From positions 101,510 through 165,509 of IMG/VR virus record IMGVR_UViG_3300032239_001501: a stretch of 64,000 nucleotides of DNA; one strand, given 5' to 3'. The stretch comes from a virus. Taxonomy: Duplodnaviria; Caudoviricetes. The position numbers were made by a program, and so were the translations under genes. The notes under the pieces were generated by a model that saw only the letters and a list, made by a program, of their open reading frames with translations, was not told the origin of the DNA and ran no database searches. This document shows, one piece after another, positions 50,419 to 59,872 of this stretch; position 1 is the stretch's first letter; each line of letters opens with the position of its first letter.

Positions 50419-51500
50419 TGAAATTTGATATAAACATATTAAATGATTATTTGGTAAAGGGTTTGGTGGTTAAAAATAACCATCCGACCCTTCCCATTTC
50501 TATTTGGAATTATAGCAGAATATGCCAATATGAAAATAAATGGGATGAAATTACCAAACAATGTCGTGGTCTTATTTTAGACCAAGAAGGGAATGTTATT
50601 GCCAAAGGGTTTGATAAGTTTTTTAATATTGAAGAACACAAGCCAGAAGAAATACCAAATGAACCTTTTGAAGTATTTGAAAAATTGGATGGTTCATTAG
50701 GTATTTTATTTTGGTATGAAGGAAAATGGATATTATCAAGCAAAGGATCTTTTACTTCTGAACAAGCAATTAAAGGAAAAGAGATTTTAGATTCAAAATA
50801 CAATGTTCATCCAATACCAAAAGGATATACCACATTAGTTGAAATTATATACCCTCAAAATAGAATCGTATGCAATTACGGAGATGATGTATCATTAGTT
50901 GTGTTATCAATGATTAGTAATGCATCAGGGAAAGAATTAGATTACAATTCTTTAAAGTTAATTGGAGAAGAAACCAAGATGCCTCTTGTTAAAGTATATG
51001 ACGGAATTAGTGATTATAAGACCCTTAAATCAATGATTAATAAAGACCGTGAGGGTTATGTAGTTAAGTTCATAAATGGATTCAGAATTAAGATAAAAGG
51101 TGAAGAATATGTTCGTCTACATAAAATCTTAACAGAGTTTTCAAATGTGGACATATGGGAATATTTGAAAGATGGAAGGGATGTCAATGAATTGTTAGAT
51201 AGAGTTCCTGATGAATTTGATATGTGGGTTAAATCAACTATTAGTGATATAAAATATGGTTATTTCCAAGTTAGCGAAACATCCGGCAAATTATTTGACC
51301 ACAAAATGTATGGAAAATACAATGATTTAGAACCTGAAACTGATAAGAAAAAATATGCAGAATGGGTTATGAATCAAGATGAAATACTAAGACCAATTCT
51401 ATTCAGAATGTTTGATAAAAAAGATTATTCTGACTATATTTGGAAGATAATTAAACCACAATATGTTCGACCATTTTGGAAAAAGGAGATTGAACCATGA
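50418..51500 (+). CDS. RNA ligase (T4 Rnl1-like)
   Basis: CRGLI, FDKFFN, EKLDGSLG, EGYVV and KIKGEEY motifs. Confidence 0.88.
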   Translation: MKFDINILNDYLVKGLVVKNNHPTLPISIWNYSRICQYENKWDEITKQCRGLILDQEGNVIAKGFDKFFNIEEHKPEEIPNEPFEVFEKLDGSLGILFWYEGKWILSSKGSFTSEQAIKGKEILDSKYNVHPIPKGYTTLVEIIYPQNRIVCNYGDDVSLVVLSMISNASGKELDYNSLKLIGEETKMPLVKVYDGISDYKTLKSMINKDREGYVVKFINGFRIKIKGEEYVRLHKILTEFSNVDIWEYLKDGRDVNELLDRVPDEFDMWVKSTISDIKYGYFQVSETSGKLFDHKMYGKYNDLEPETDKKKYAEWVMNQDEILRPILFRMFDKKDYSDYIWKIIKPQYVRPFWKKEIEP

Positions 51501-51721
51501 ATGATAAATTAGAAGAAATTTTTGAAAATACCATTCCACATAGTACATTTTTGGATAAAAAATCCATAATTAGTTGCATGTATCAATCTCACCAATTAGG
51601 TCAAATAGAATCAGAAGAAAAATACAATAAATTATCATCTGCATTCAAATCTTTACTAAAAACGTTGGATTTTGATGAACAAACTAAAGAAGACTGGAAA
51701 AAAAAGGGGGGATTATTATGA
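51497..51721 (+). CDS. Hypothetical protein
   Basis: ATGA overlap with the ligase. Confidence 0.5.
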   Translation: MNDKLEEIFENTIPHSTFLDKKSIISCMYQSHQLGQIESEEKYNKLSSAFKSLLKTLDFDEQTKEDWKKKGGLL

Positions 51722-51906
51722 GAAAATGGTTTATAGATACAAATAGATTTGCAAAAGTTAAAGGTAAAATTTGGATTATACCTTGCATTAGTTTATGGTA
51801 TGATAAAGATTATTTTTTAGAGACAGGTGTTACGTCACCAGCATTTGGACTACAAATTAGTTGGTTAAGGTGGGCGTATGGTTTAACAATACAACAGGGA
51901 TATTAA
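51718..51906 (+). CDS. Hypothetical protein
   Basis: ATGA overlap with the upstream ORF. Confidence 0.5.
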   Translation: MRKWFIDTNRFAKVKGKIWIIPCISLWYDKDYFLETGVTSPAFGLQISWLRWAYGLTIQQGY

Positions 51907-51907
51907 T

Positions 51908-52087
51908 ATGATTAAAAATTTTAAAGATAAAAGAATTAGTACAATCATTAAACTTGAATTAGAATTAACTGAAGCTTTAATCAATGGTCATAAAGCTGCA
52001 GATAATGATAAGTTTGCCAAAACCAGAATTAAATTAAAGAAACTTAGAGAAGAGTTGGGTATTAAAGAAAATAGACAAATAAGATAA
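51908..52087 (+). CDS. Hypothetical protein (59 aa, not in the ORF track)
   Basis: MIKNFKDKRISTIIKLELEL... fills the gap before thyA. Confidence 0.45.
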   Translation: MIKNFKDKRISTIIKLELELTEALINGHKAADNDKFAKTRIKLKKLREELGIKENRQIR

Positions 52088-52090
52088 GTT

Positions 52091-53236
52091 ATGAAAGACA
52101 ATTATTTAGACGAATGGTATCAAGCACTACTATCATTATTGGTAAGTGAAGACCAAAGTTTTAACAAATCAGATAGAACAGGAACAGGAACCAAATCATT
52201 GTTTGGTATTCAATTCAGACATAATATGTCTGATGGATTTCCATTACTTACAACTAAGAAAATGGCGTGGAAGTCAATATGCACGGAATTACTATGGTTT
52301 TTAAGAGGTGATACTAACATCAAATTCCTGTTGGATTATGATTGTCATATTTGGGATGGTGATGCTTATAAGAATTATTGTAACTCGTATCCTGATGCTG
52401 AAAAAACATTTCAATATGAAGGAAGCACTATTGATGTAAGAAAAATGACACAAGAAGAATTCATCAACCAAATAAAAACAGATGATGAGTTCGCTAAGAA
52501 GTGGGGTGAATTGGGACCAATCTACGGTAAACAATGGAGAAAATGGCAAGGTTGGATGGAATATGGAGATGATAAGAAAATGGGATCTTTATGGTATGAC
52601 CAAATTCTAAGACTTATTCATCAATTAAAAACTGATCCCGATTCAAGAAGATTAATGGTCAGTGCTTGGAATGTGAGTGAATTAGACCAAATGATATTAC
52701 CACCTTGTCATTATGGATTTCAAGTTTATACAAGAGAATTAAATAATGAAGAGAAATGGAAACAATATTTGAAATTAGGGTTGAATATTGAGATAAATGG
52801 AATCCCGTTGGAACTTAAACATATGGGAACTCCATTTTATCCAAAATCATTACCGAAACGAGCAATCTCGCTAATGTGGAATCAACGTTCGGTAGATGTT
52901 CCATTGGGTCTTCCATTCAATATTGCCTCATATGGATTATTGTTAGAAATTATTGCAAAAGAAGTTAATATGGTTCCTAACCAACTTATAGGTAATTTGG
53001 GTGATTGTCATATCTACTTAAATCAAATTGATGGTGTAAAAGAACAAATTAGTAGAACATCATTTGAATTACCATCAATAAAAATTACCGAAAGAAATTG
53101 GTATCAACATGAAAAAGTAAAGGAATATTTAGGTGAAAAAACATTTAGGGAAAAAATACTATCATATAGACCAGATTGTTTTGAATTGATTGGCTATCAA
53201 TCTCATGGTAAAATAAAAATACCACTTTCTAACTAA
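52091..53236 (+). CDS. thyA: Thymidylate synthase
   Basis: DRTGTGT, ELLWFLRG, LPPCH, QRSVDVPLGLPFN and GDCHIY motifs. Confidence 0.95.
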   Translation: MKDNYLDEWYQALLSLLVSEDQSFNKSDRTGTGTKSLFGIQFRHNMSDGFPLLTTKKMAWKSICTELLWFLRGDTNIKFLLDYDCHIWDGDAYKNYCNSYPDAEKTFQYEGSTIDVRKMTQEEFINQIKTDDEFAKKWGELGPIYGKQWRKWQGWMEYGDDKKMGSLWYDQILRLIHQLKTDPDSRRLMVSAWNVSELDQMILPPCHYGFQVYTRELNNEEKWKQYLKLGLNIEINGIPLELKHMGTPFYPKSLPKRAISLMWNQRSVDVPLGLPFNIASYGLLLEIIAKEVNMVPNQLIGNLGDCHIYLNQIDGVKEQISRTSFELPSIKITERNWYQHEKVKEYLGEKTFREKILSYRPDCFELIGYQSHGKIKIPLSN

Positions 53237-53457
53237 TGGAATATCAAATAATACTACCAGAAATTATTGGTGATGAATGGCAAAATATAGGAATTGATTT
53301 TGAACCTCAATCAATTACAGGAGTTATAAATGGAGAAAATATTGATAGACCAATTATCAATTTAAAGAAATATGCAATATTTTTAGATAATCGTTATCTT
53401 AAAAATTATAATATTATTAAAGAAAAAAATCAGACAATAATTAATATATTTGTCTAA
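53236..53457 (+). CDS. Hypothetical protein
   Basis: TAATG overlap with thyA. Confidence 0.5.
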   Translation: MEYQIILPEIIGDEWQNIGIDFEPQSITGVINGENIDRPIINLKKYAIFLDNRYLKNYNIIKEKNQTIINIFV

Positions 53458-54057
53458 TTACGCAAAAGTCATATATAATTGAGTAATTTTCATTGCAAGT
53501 TTACTCAATAAATGATTAACTCTACCCATATCATCCATTTCCATATTTTTTGATTCCATATATTTTACAAGACCTTGAACCATTTTGTCTTTAGCCTCAT
53601 CAGCCATTTCCAAAAGTTCTTGAAATGACTCATTATCTTCTTGGTCTTCACCATAATATCTATCTATCCACTTTTTACCGGAATATAAAAAAGGTGCGGC
53701 TTGAAACATATTAATAACACCAGATTCTCTAAGTTTAAATAAATAATTTCTTAAAAATCTCCAATCAAAATGTTCAAATAATTCAGGATTTGCACTAAAG
53801 AAATCATATTCAGGAGATAATGTTTGCTCTTGAATTTTTTCACCAACTTTTTTCCAAGCATCCGTAACAGATATTAACGATAACTTACTACCATTATCCC
53901 ACTCAACAGAGATTATATTTCCATCTTTCTCAAATGGATCTCTACCAACATTAATAACAGTTCCAACTGTTCCTGGTGGAACTCCCGTTTCACCTTCCAT
54001 GTGATAACAAACTATCTTATCGCCACTTTTTAATTCTGGATTTAATACACCTTTCAT
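53458..54057 (-). CDS. DUF4314-like protein
   Basis: GDKI...PPGTVGTV...VEWDNGSKLSL; C-terminal RESGVINMF. Confidence 0.6.
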   Translation of the reverse strand: MKGVLNPELKSGDKIVCYHMEGETGVPPGTVGTVINVGRDPFEKDGNIISVEWDNGSKLSLISVTDAWKKVGEKIQEQTLSPEYDFFSANPELFEHFDWRFLRNYLFKLRESGVINMFQAAPFLYSGKKWIDRYYGEDQEDNESFQELLEMADEAKDKMVQGLVKYMESKNMEMDDMGRVNHLLSKLAMKITQLYMTFA

Positions 54058-54091
54058 AACAATAAATATATCGCATATATTTATAATTTAT

Positions 54092-54712
54092 ATGGAGTTT
54101 TTAATTAGCGAATCTCAACTGAGAAAAATTTTAATGGAACAAGATGAGTCAAAAATGACTAATTATATGAAACGGTTACACTCTTTCACTAATAATCTTG
54201 TTGGTAGAGTATTCAAGAAATATGGTATTAATTTAAAAATGCTGTTAACTTGGGGAACTTCTGTTGGCGGATTTTTATTACCATTAGACCATTTTATTAA
54301 AACAGGAGATTTTAAAGTTAGTGATGATCAAAGAAATTTAATATTAGCCGGAATTGCGTTTATAATATTTTTTGAAAATAAAAGAGGTGTTGGTACAATT
54401 TTAAAAAAAATTAAAGAAGAAGGACTTGAAGATACTTTCAAAATTATTCTTAATAAAGCTTCAGATTTAAAAGGGGCATTTATTGATTTTTTATCATCCG
54501 CAAATATAAAGGTTGGAACTCTTATGGACACTATTTCATATAGTTTTTTAATTCCAATAATTACAGATATTCAATCAACTATATCAGGAAGTTCAAATTT
54601 AAAAGAGGCATCAATTATTATTGCTGAAAGATTGGTGGCTTCTGGTGTTGTTTTACTAAGTGCTGAAATATTATCAAAAATTATTAAAAAAATTATAACT
54701 AAATTTAAGTAG
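54092..54712 (+). CDS. Hypothetical hydrophobic protein
   Basis: ISESQLRKILMEQ N-terminus; TATTTAT upstream. Confidence 0.6.
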   Translation: MEFLISESQLRKILMEQDESKMTNYMKRLHSFTNNLVGRVFKKYGINLKMLLTWGTSVGGFLLPLDHFIKTGDFKVSDDQRNLILAGIAFIIFFENKRGVGTILKKIKEEGLEDTFKIILNKASDLKGAFIDFLSSANIKVGTLMDTISYSFLIPIITDIQSTISGSSNLKEASIIIAERLVASGVVLLSAEILSKIIKKIITKFK

Positions 54713-55685
54713 ACATTTCAAGTAATTTCTTTATAAGAATTTCAACTTGTTTTGGTTTTAGTCTATGTTTTTTTTCATTTCTACGAAACCATCCTCTAAT
54801 CACTTCTTCTAAATTTCTATTTTCTTTTCTTGCCCTTCTTTTAAATCCTGCCAATTGAGCTTCAAGTTCATGTTGTTGTGTATAATATTTTAATGGGTTT
54901 TTTGGTTCTTTTGGAAAATCATATCCTTTTTGATGTTGCGAAACATGTTCTAATTCATGTCTTATTGTTTCATTAAGTTCACCAATTAATTCTTGAATAT
55001 TATGAAGTCCAACCTCAGGGTTTGAAATAATGGTGACTTCAATAACATCTTCATCTCTATAATATGCAGCATCAATTTCAACCGTGTCAACATCATCATC
55101 CGTGGCAAGATTTAATTCTATTGAAAATTCATTTTTAAATTCAGGAAAATTATAAGTCATATCATCTTCACCTTTAATATCTTCAGGTAATGAAAATTCT
55201 CCTTCCCTTTGAAATTTATAAAGAGATATAATATCTTTAACTAATGTTCTAACAACATTATCATAACGAGCTTCTGTTATTAATGATTCGTTCATTTTTT
55301 TTGGTTCCACCTCATTTACCACTTTAGTACATATTACATCGTTGTTCACACCAAAATATTTCAAAAAATCCTCTAATTTTTTATTCATTACCCATCTAAG
55401 ATTTGCATATTCACGACTGGAAGTATTGATTAAGGTATTTCTACCATGAATGTCTGCATATAAATTATTCCATGTGTCTGAGGTTTCATCTGTCGGAAGA
55501 ATGTAGATAGTATATTCAATATGTGGTTTTTTATCTCCCATACTAATATAATCCTTAACTCCTGTTAGTTTTACTTTAACATTTGTCCGTATACTATAGT
55601 CCTCATCATGTGTTGGTTGTAAATACAACTCAAAGATGTGGCTGTCAAAAAATCGGTTAATTCTTTCTATAGGAAAATCAATCAT
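54705..55685 (-). CDS. Hypothetical protein with a zincin-like HExxH domain
   Basis: IRHELEH...ELEA. Confidence 0.55.
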   Translation of the reverse strand: MIDFPIERINRFFDSHIFELYLQPTHDEDYSIRTNVKVKLTGVKDYISMGDKKPHIEYTIYILPTDETSDTWNNLYADIHGRNTLINTSSREYANLRWVMNKKLEDFLKYFGVNNDVICTKVVNEVEPKKMNESLITEARYDNVVRTLVKDIISLYKFQREGEFSLPEDIKGEDDMTYNFPEFKNEFSIELNLATDDDVDTVEIDAAYYRDEDVIEVTIISNPEVGLHNIQELIGELNETIRHELEHVSQHQKGYDFPKEPKNPLKYYTQQHELEAQLAGFKRRARKENRNLEEVIRGWFRRNEKKHRLKPKQVEILIKKLLEMST

Positions 55686-55698
55686 ATGATTATAAATA

Positions 55699-56124
55699 CT
55701 ACCGAATCGGGATTGATACTCCAACACCATAACGGATTCCATCCATATAATTCACTCCTAATGTAAAATCAAATCCTTTTGTTGTGTTGGTGATGATTCT
55801 AAGTGGGTAAATTTTAACCCAAACATCAGGAGTTAAGGAAAGACTATCAACATAATTTTTAATGAATGCTCCACCCATAACACTGATTTTATGATTGGTT
55901 AGACTTATCCCAACTCGGTTAATTATTGACGCTGGTGTTGTATAGATAAATGGTTGTGGGAAAGTTGTTACATAATATCCTCCAAGATAAAATCCTATGG
56001 GTGAGTAATTATTGTTATATGTTACAACCAAAGTTTTTTGACCTGTCACATACATGATGTCTGAAGTCTGACTTTTTCCAAAAAGACAGATAAATAATAA
56101 TATTGTGGTTATACTTGTTTTCAT
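55699..56124 (-). CDS. Secreted/outer-membrane beta-strand protein
   Basis: Signal peptide and amphipathic beta strands. Confidence 0.55.
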   Translation of the reverse strand: MKTSITTILLFICLFGKSQTSDIMYVTGQKTLVVTYNNNYSPIGFYLGGYYVTTFPQPFIYTTPASIINRVGISLTNHKISVMGGAFIKNYVDSLSLTPDVWVKIYPLRIITNTTKGFDFTLGVNYMDGIRYGVGVSIPIR

Positions 56125-56167
56125 AAAACAAATATACTACTTTTGTTGAAGATTACAAAATATAATT

Positions 56168-56258
56168 GGAGAGATGGTAGAGTTGGTCTATTGCACCTGA
56201 CTTGAAATCAGGAGGCCTCGTGAGGGGCCCGTGGGTTCGAATCCTACTCTCTCCGCCA
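56168..56258 (+). tRNA. tRNA-Ser(UGA)
   Basis: CCUGA-CUUGAAA-UCAGG anticodon arm, long variable arm, G73 and encoded CCA. Confidence 0.93.
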
Positions 56259-56350
56259 ACTTGGAGTACGAGGAACTAACATAAACGGAGTACTTAACCC
56301 ATAAGTTTATTAAATTAAATTATAAGGTTTCCAGTGAGTTAGTTCAAAAT

Positions 56351-56524
56351 TGCTAGGTGGTGAAATTAGTCATCTCAGTTATGACTTTGGCAAACACCCC
56401 GTCCAGTCCCGACGGCGCGGATAAAGAAATAGATGAGTAATACTGGGGTAGACCACCAGCTTGCAAGCACTTATGTTACTTATTGAATCTCCGTTTATAG
56501 GTTCGACTCCTATTCTAGCAGCCA
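56351..56524 (+). ncRNA. Expanded tRNA-Asp(GUC)-like RNA with D-loop and variable-arm inserts
   Basis: UGCUAGG/UCUAGCA+GCCA acceptor; CCGUC-CAGUCCC-GACGG; AUAGG-UUCGACU-CCUAU; 174 nt. Confidence 0.75.
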
Positions 56525-56528
56525 ATTA

Positions 56529-56558
56529 AACCCCACCCTCATAAGGTGGGTTTTTTTT
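56529..56558 (+). terminator. Intrinsic terminator
   Basis: cccacc...ggtggg hairpin plus T tract. Confidence 0.75.
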
Positions 56559-56600
56559 GACTAATATTAATATTTTACCTATACTTAAAAAAAAGAAAAT

Positions 56601-57569
56601 ATGTCACGATTAACTGAGATTAAAAAACAATATCCTGAATTAAACATTACGATTATTGATTTATTTAATAAAATTGATGGGACAAAATCATACAAATATC
56701 TACCATTATTATGTAAAATATTTGGTCAAAGATTTTCACCAAAAATATATTCTAAAGAGGAGCGTTTAATTGTGGAATCAGAGCATAAGTCTACTCTGAT
56801 GACATATGGTATTCCAACAGATGGGATATCTTTTAATGAGATGTATGCAATTAGAGATATATTAGAGTTATTTAATAGAAGTGATATACAAACTTTTATT
56901 CAATTTAAAGATTTAATGGAAAAAGGTGTTATTGAGAATAAGGATATTACATCTTATAAGGACATTGAGGAATTGGGTGGAGCGATAACATTATCCATGA
57001 TTAAAGAAAATGAAAAAGAGTTGGAGGGTCAGGCAATTAAAGTATTTGAAGATGAAAAATGGTTGGCGGTTAGACCATTAACATTTCAAGCATCATCAAA
57101 ATATGGTTCTGGAACAAAGTGGTGTACAACTTATAAGAGAGAAAAAAATTATTTTGAAAAATATTGGAGAACAGGTATTTTGGTGTATTTCATCAATAAA
57201 AAAACTGGATATAAGTTTGGAGGATTTAAGGAATTGGATAAAGGAGGAGAATTAAGTTTTTGGAATTCTGCCGATAGCCGTGTTGATTATTTGGAACTTG
57301 AAACTGATGATTATTTGTTTCCAATTGTTAGAAAAATTTTTAAATCTGAAGACACAAACAAAAATTTGTGTTCTAATGAAATACAAGAACAAGTTCATGC
57401 GGAATGTATTAACAAATATGATAATATGTATTTGGTAGACCAAATAGACCAACCTACAGCATTAGATAATGAAGCCATGAGAATTGCTAATCAAATAGCT
57501 CAAGAAGTTGATAGAGAAGTTGTTAATAGATTAATTGATGTTGTCAATACTCCAACTATGAGAGCATAA
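56601..57569 (+). CDS. Hypothetical protein with ASxKYGxxTKWC domain
   Basis: Paralogous to 22795-24279. Confidence 0.65.
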   Translation: MSRLTEIKKQYPELNITIIDLFNKIDGTKSYKYLPLLCKIFGQRFSPKIYSKEERLIVESEHKSTLMTYGIPTDGISFNEMYAIRDILELFNRSDIQTFIQFKDLMEKGVIENKDITSYKDIEELGGAITLSMIKENEKELEGQAIKVFEDEKWLAVRPLTFQASSKYGSGTKWCTTYKREKNYFEKYWRTGILVYFINKKTGYKFGGFKELDKGGELSFWNSADSRVDYLELETDDYLFPIVRKIFKSEDTNKNLCSNEIQEQVHAECINKYDNMYLVDQIDQPTALDNEAMRIANQIAQEVDREVVNRLIDVVNTPTMRA

Positions 57570-57600
57570 AATATAACCCACCTTAATGGTGGGTTTTTTG

Positions 57601-58728
57601 TTATCTTAATTTGTCAAATTTTTTAAATTCAGTTTGGAATGGTTCTTCGTAATATATTGGAGGATCGCTAAATTCCCAAGCTCTGTCACCAGTAATAACA
57701 TGAGAATTTTTAAAAATAGGGCCATCAGGAATAAGAATATAATCTGACTTTCTGTTTATGATAGGAGAACCTCCTCTTCTACCAAATAATATATAATATT
57801 TGTTATTTTGTTTTATTACCTTTTTACTTTTAGCGTTAACTGGTTGAAAAATTATATTTTCACCATTATTTGAAACAATAATCAATTCGTTATAATTCTT
57901 TCTGGTTGAAGGACAAAATTTTTCACCAATTTCTGCGGTAGGAAATATTTTTCTAATTTGTCCTAAGTTAGAATTGTTTAACGTTAAATTTTGTTTTGGA
58001 ATATGGATATTTCTAATCATAAGGTCCAAAAATTGTCCTTTAAATAGTCTTTCTTTTTCTTCACTTATCCATGTTATAAAATCACCATGTTCAAATGTTC
58101 CATATTTTTTTAAATATGCCATTAATAAACTTGATATCGCATTTTCTTTATAGATAATATAATTTAGTTTTGACCAATTGTTCCCATTATTATCTTTAGT
58201 ATTTTCTAAAGGAAAAATATTTAAAAAACCATCAGTTGGTTCACAATAAGAAGATGAATAGGTACCGTAGTTATCACCATAAAGTTCTTTAAGAGAACTT
58301 TCAATTGTATTTCTTACTTCAGAACATTTTTCATTTTTACATCTACTTTCAGAAACGTAAATTGCGATAAGATTTCTTAATTTGTGGAGATATTCTTTTT
58401 GAGTTAATTTTGCTTTGTGTCTAACAAATTCGTCTTTAAATCTTATGTCATAATTTCTTCTAAGAACATTTAAATTGATATAAAATGGTGAATTACCCGA
58501 TTTTTGTATATCGTTGGAATCAAAGACATATTCTTTTCCTGTTTCTTTATCTTTGAATAGTATTTTTTCGCTGTCTGAAATCTTTTCTAATTTACTTGTT
58601 CCGTTAAATTTAACTAAATACTTATTGAATTGAGGAATCAATATAGGATCAGAAAAACCATTAAATTCAACTTCTTGAATTGAATTATCTGAATGCTCAC
58701 GTAATAGTTTTTTAATTAATTCTTTCAC
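57601..58728 (-). CDS. Hypothetical protein
   Basis: GTG start; KELIKKLLREH N-terminus; TATTTAT upstream. Confidence 0.6.
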   Translation of the reverse strand: MKELIKKLLREHSDNSIQEVEFNGFSDPILIPQFNKYLVKFNGTSKLEKISDSEKILFKDKETGKEYVFDSNDIQKSGNSPFYINLNVLRRNYDIRFKDEFVRHKAKLTQKEYLHKLRNLIAIYVSESRCKNEKCSEVRNTIESSLKELYGDNYGTYSSSYCEPTDGFLNIFPLENTKDNNGNNWSKLNYIIYKENAISSLLMAYLKKYGTFEHGDFITWISEEKERLFKGQFLDLMIRNIHIPKQNLTLNNSNLGQIRKIFPTAEIGEKFCPSTRKNYNELIIVSNNGENIIFQPVNAKSKKVIKQNNKYYILFGRRGGSPIINRKSDYILIPDGPIFKNSHVITGDRAWEFSDPPIYYEEPFQTEFKKFDKLR

Positions 58729-58837
58729 TATTATAAATACAAAAAAATTTCATAATTTTTTATATTAAATAAGTTTATTGTCTTTGTGTTTATAATAGGG
58801 TGGGTTTTTATTATGATTTATAGAGTATTTATATTGA

Positions 58838-59608
58838 ATGGATAATAGATTACAAGAAATATTTGACAAGTATAATGTTACCGAGAAAAACAATTCTACT
58901 GGTAATTTGAAGAAACTTGAAAAAACAATATCTGAACTTCAAAAGTTGGATAAGGTATTGTTATTGACATGCTCAAACCGATATAATTGGGATCCAAAAG
59001 ATGTGGATATACCCAAATCAACAATTCTTGGAATGGTTATCAACGAATATCTAAATGACAAATCAGTTTTGATTGATGTCCCAGAACTTAATATTGTTCC
59101 ATGTGAAGGTAATGTTTCAAGGAAAGATGGTAACTCTTGTGGATTAATGAAAGCCAAACTTAAAGACAAAGATAAGAATCCAACAGGATATCACAGATGT
59201 TGGGCTAGTATAAATGAAAAAGATGATGAACTTTGGAAAATATCCAAAGAATTATTTGAATCAAATGCCGTTATATTTTTTACTTCTGTAAGGTGGGGTC
59301 AAGCCAATATGTTCTACCAAAAATTAATTGAAAGATTAACTTGGATTGAGAACAGACATGAAACTTTGGGTGAATCAAATATTGTTGAGGGTATCCAAAG
59401 TGGATTTATTTGTTCAGGACAAAACTGGAAAGGTATGGATGTTGTTGATACTCAAAAAAGAGTTCATACATTTTATGGTTTTAAACCAAATGATACTTTT
59501 TATTGGAATTGGCAATTTACAAATAAGATTACTGATGAAACTGAAAAATCTTATGAAGAAGCATTTCCTGCATTTGTAAAGAAATTTGACTTAACTAAGT
59601 TATACTAA
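58838..59608 (+). CDS. Flavodoxin-fold (FMN reductase-like) protein
   Basis: LTCSNR...KST, LNIVPCEG, SNAVIFFTSVRWG...LIERL. Confidence 0.7.
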   Translation: MDNRLQEIFDKYNVTEKNNSTGNLKKLEKTISELQKLDKVLLLTCSNRYNWDPKDVDIPKSTILGMVINEYLNDKSVLIDVPELNIVPCEGNVSRKDGNSCGLMKAKLKDKDKNPTGYHRCWASINEKDDELWKISKELFESNAVIFFTSVRWGQANMFYQKLIERLTWIENRHETLGESNIVEGIQSGFICSGQNWKGMDVVDTQKRVHTFYGFKPNDTFYWNWQFTNKITDETEKSYEEAFPAFVKKFDLTKLY

Positions 59609-59871
59609 AATTCTTCTATTTCTACAATTAAATTTCCTTCTCCTTTAATAACTCTATGCCAAGCAAATTTTGGAATTGAAAGTTGTTTGGCATTTGACAA
59701 TTTGACTGGCAATTCATTTTCAATTTGAAATGACCATCCTCCATCTTCAATTACCGTAACTTTTCTGTCTTTGAGGTCTTGATGCCATTTTAATTCATCT
59801 ACTGGTACATCAGGGGTAAATACCCTAACCATTTTTCCTTCTTTAATGTATTGTTGAAATGGAAAATCCAT
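59605..59871 (-). CDS. Small cupin-like protein
   Basis: Probable start MDFPF; ELKWHQD...IPKFAWHRVIKG. Confidence 0.6.
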   Translation of the reverse strand: MDFPFQQYIKEGKMVRVFTPDVPVDELKWHQDLKDRKVTVIEDGGWSFQIENELPVKLSNAKQLSIPKFAWHRVIKGEGNLIVEIEEF

Positions 59872-59872
59872 A

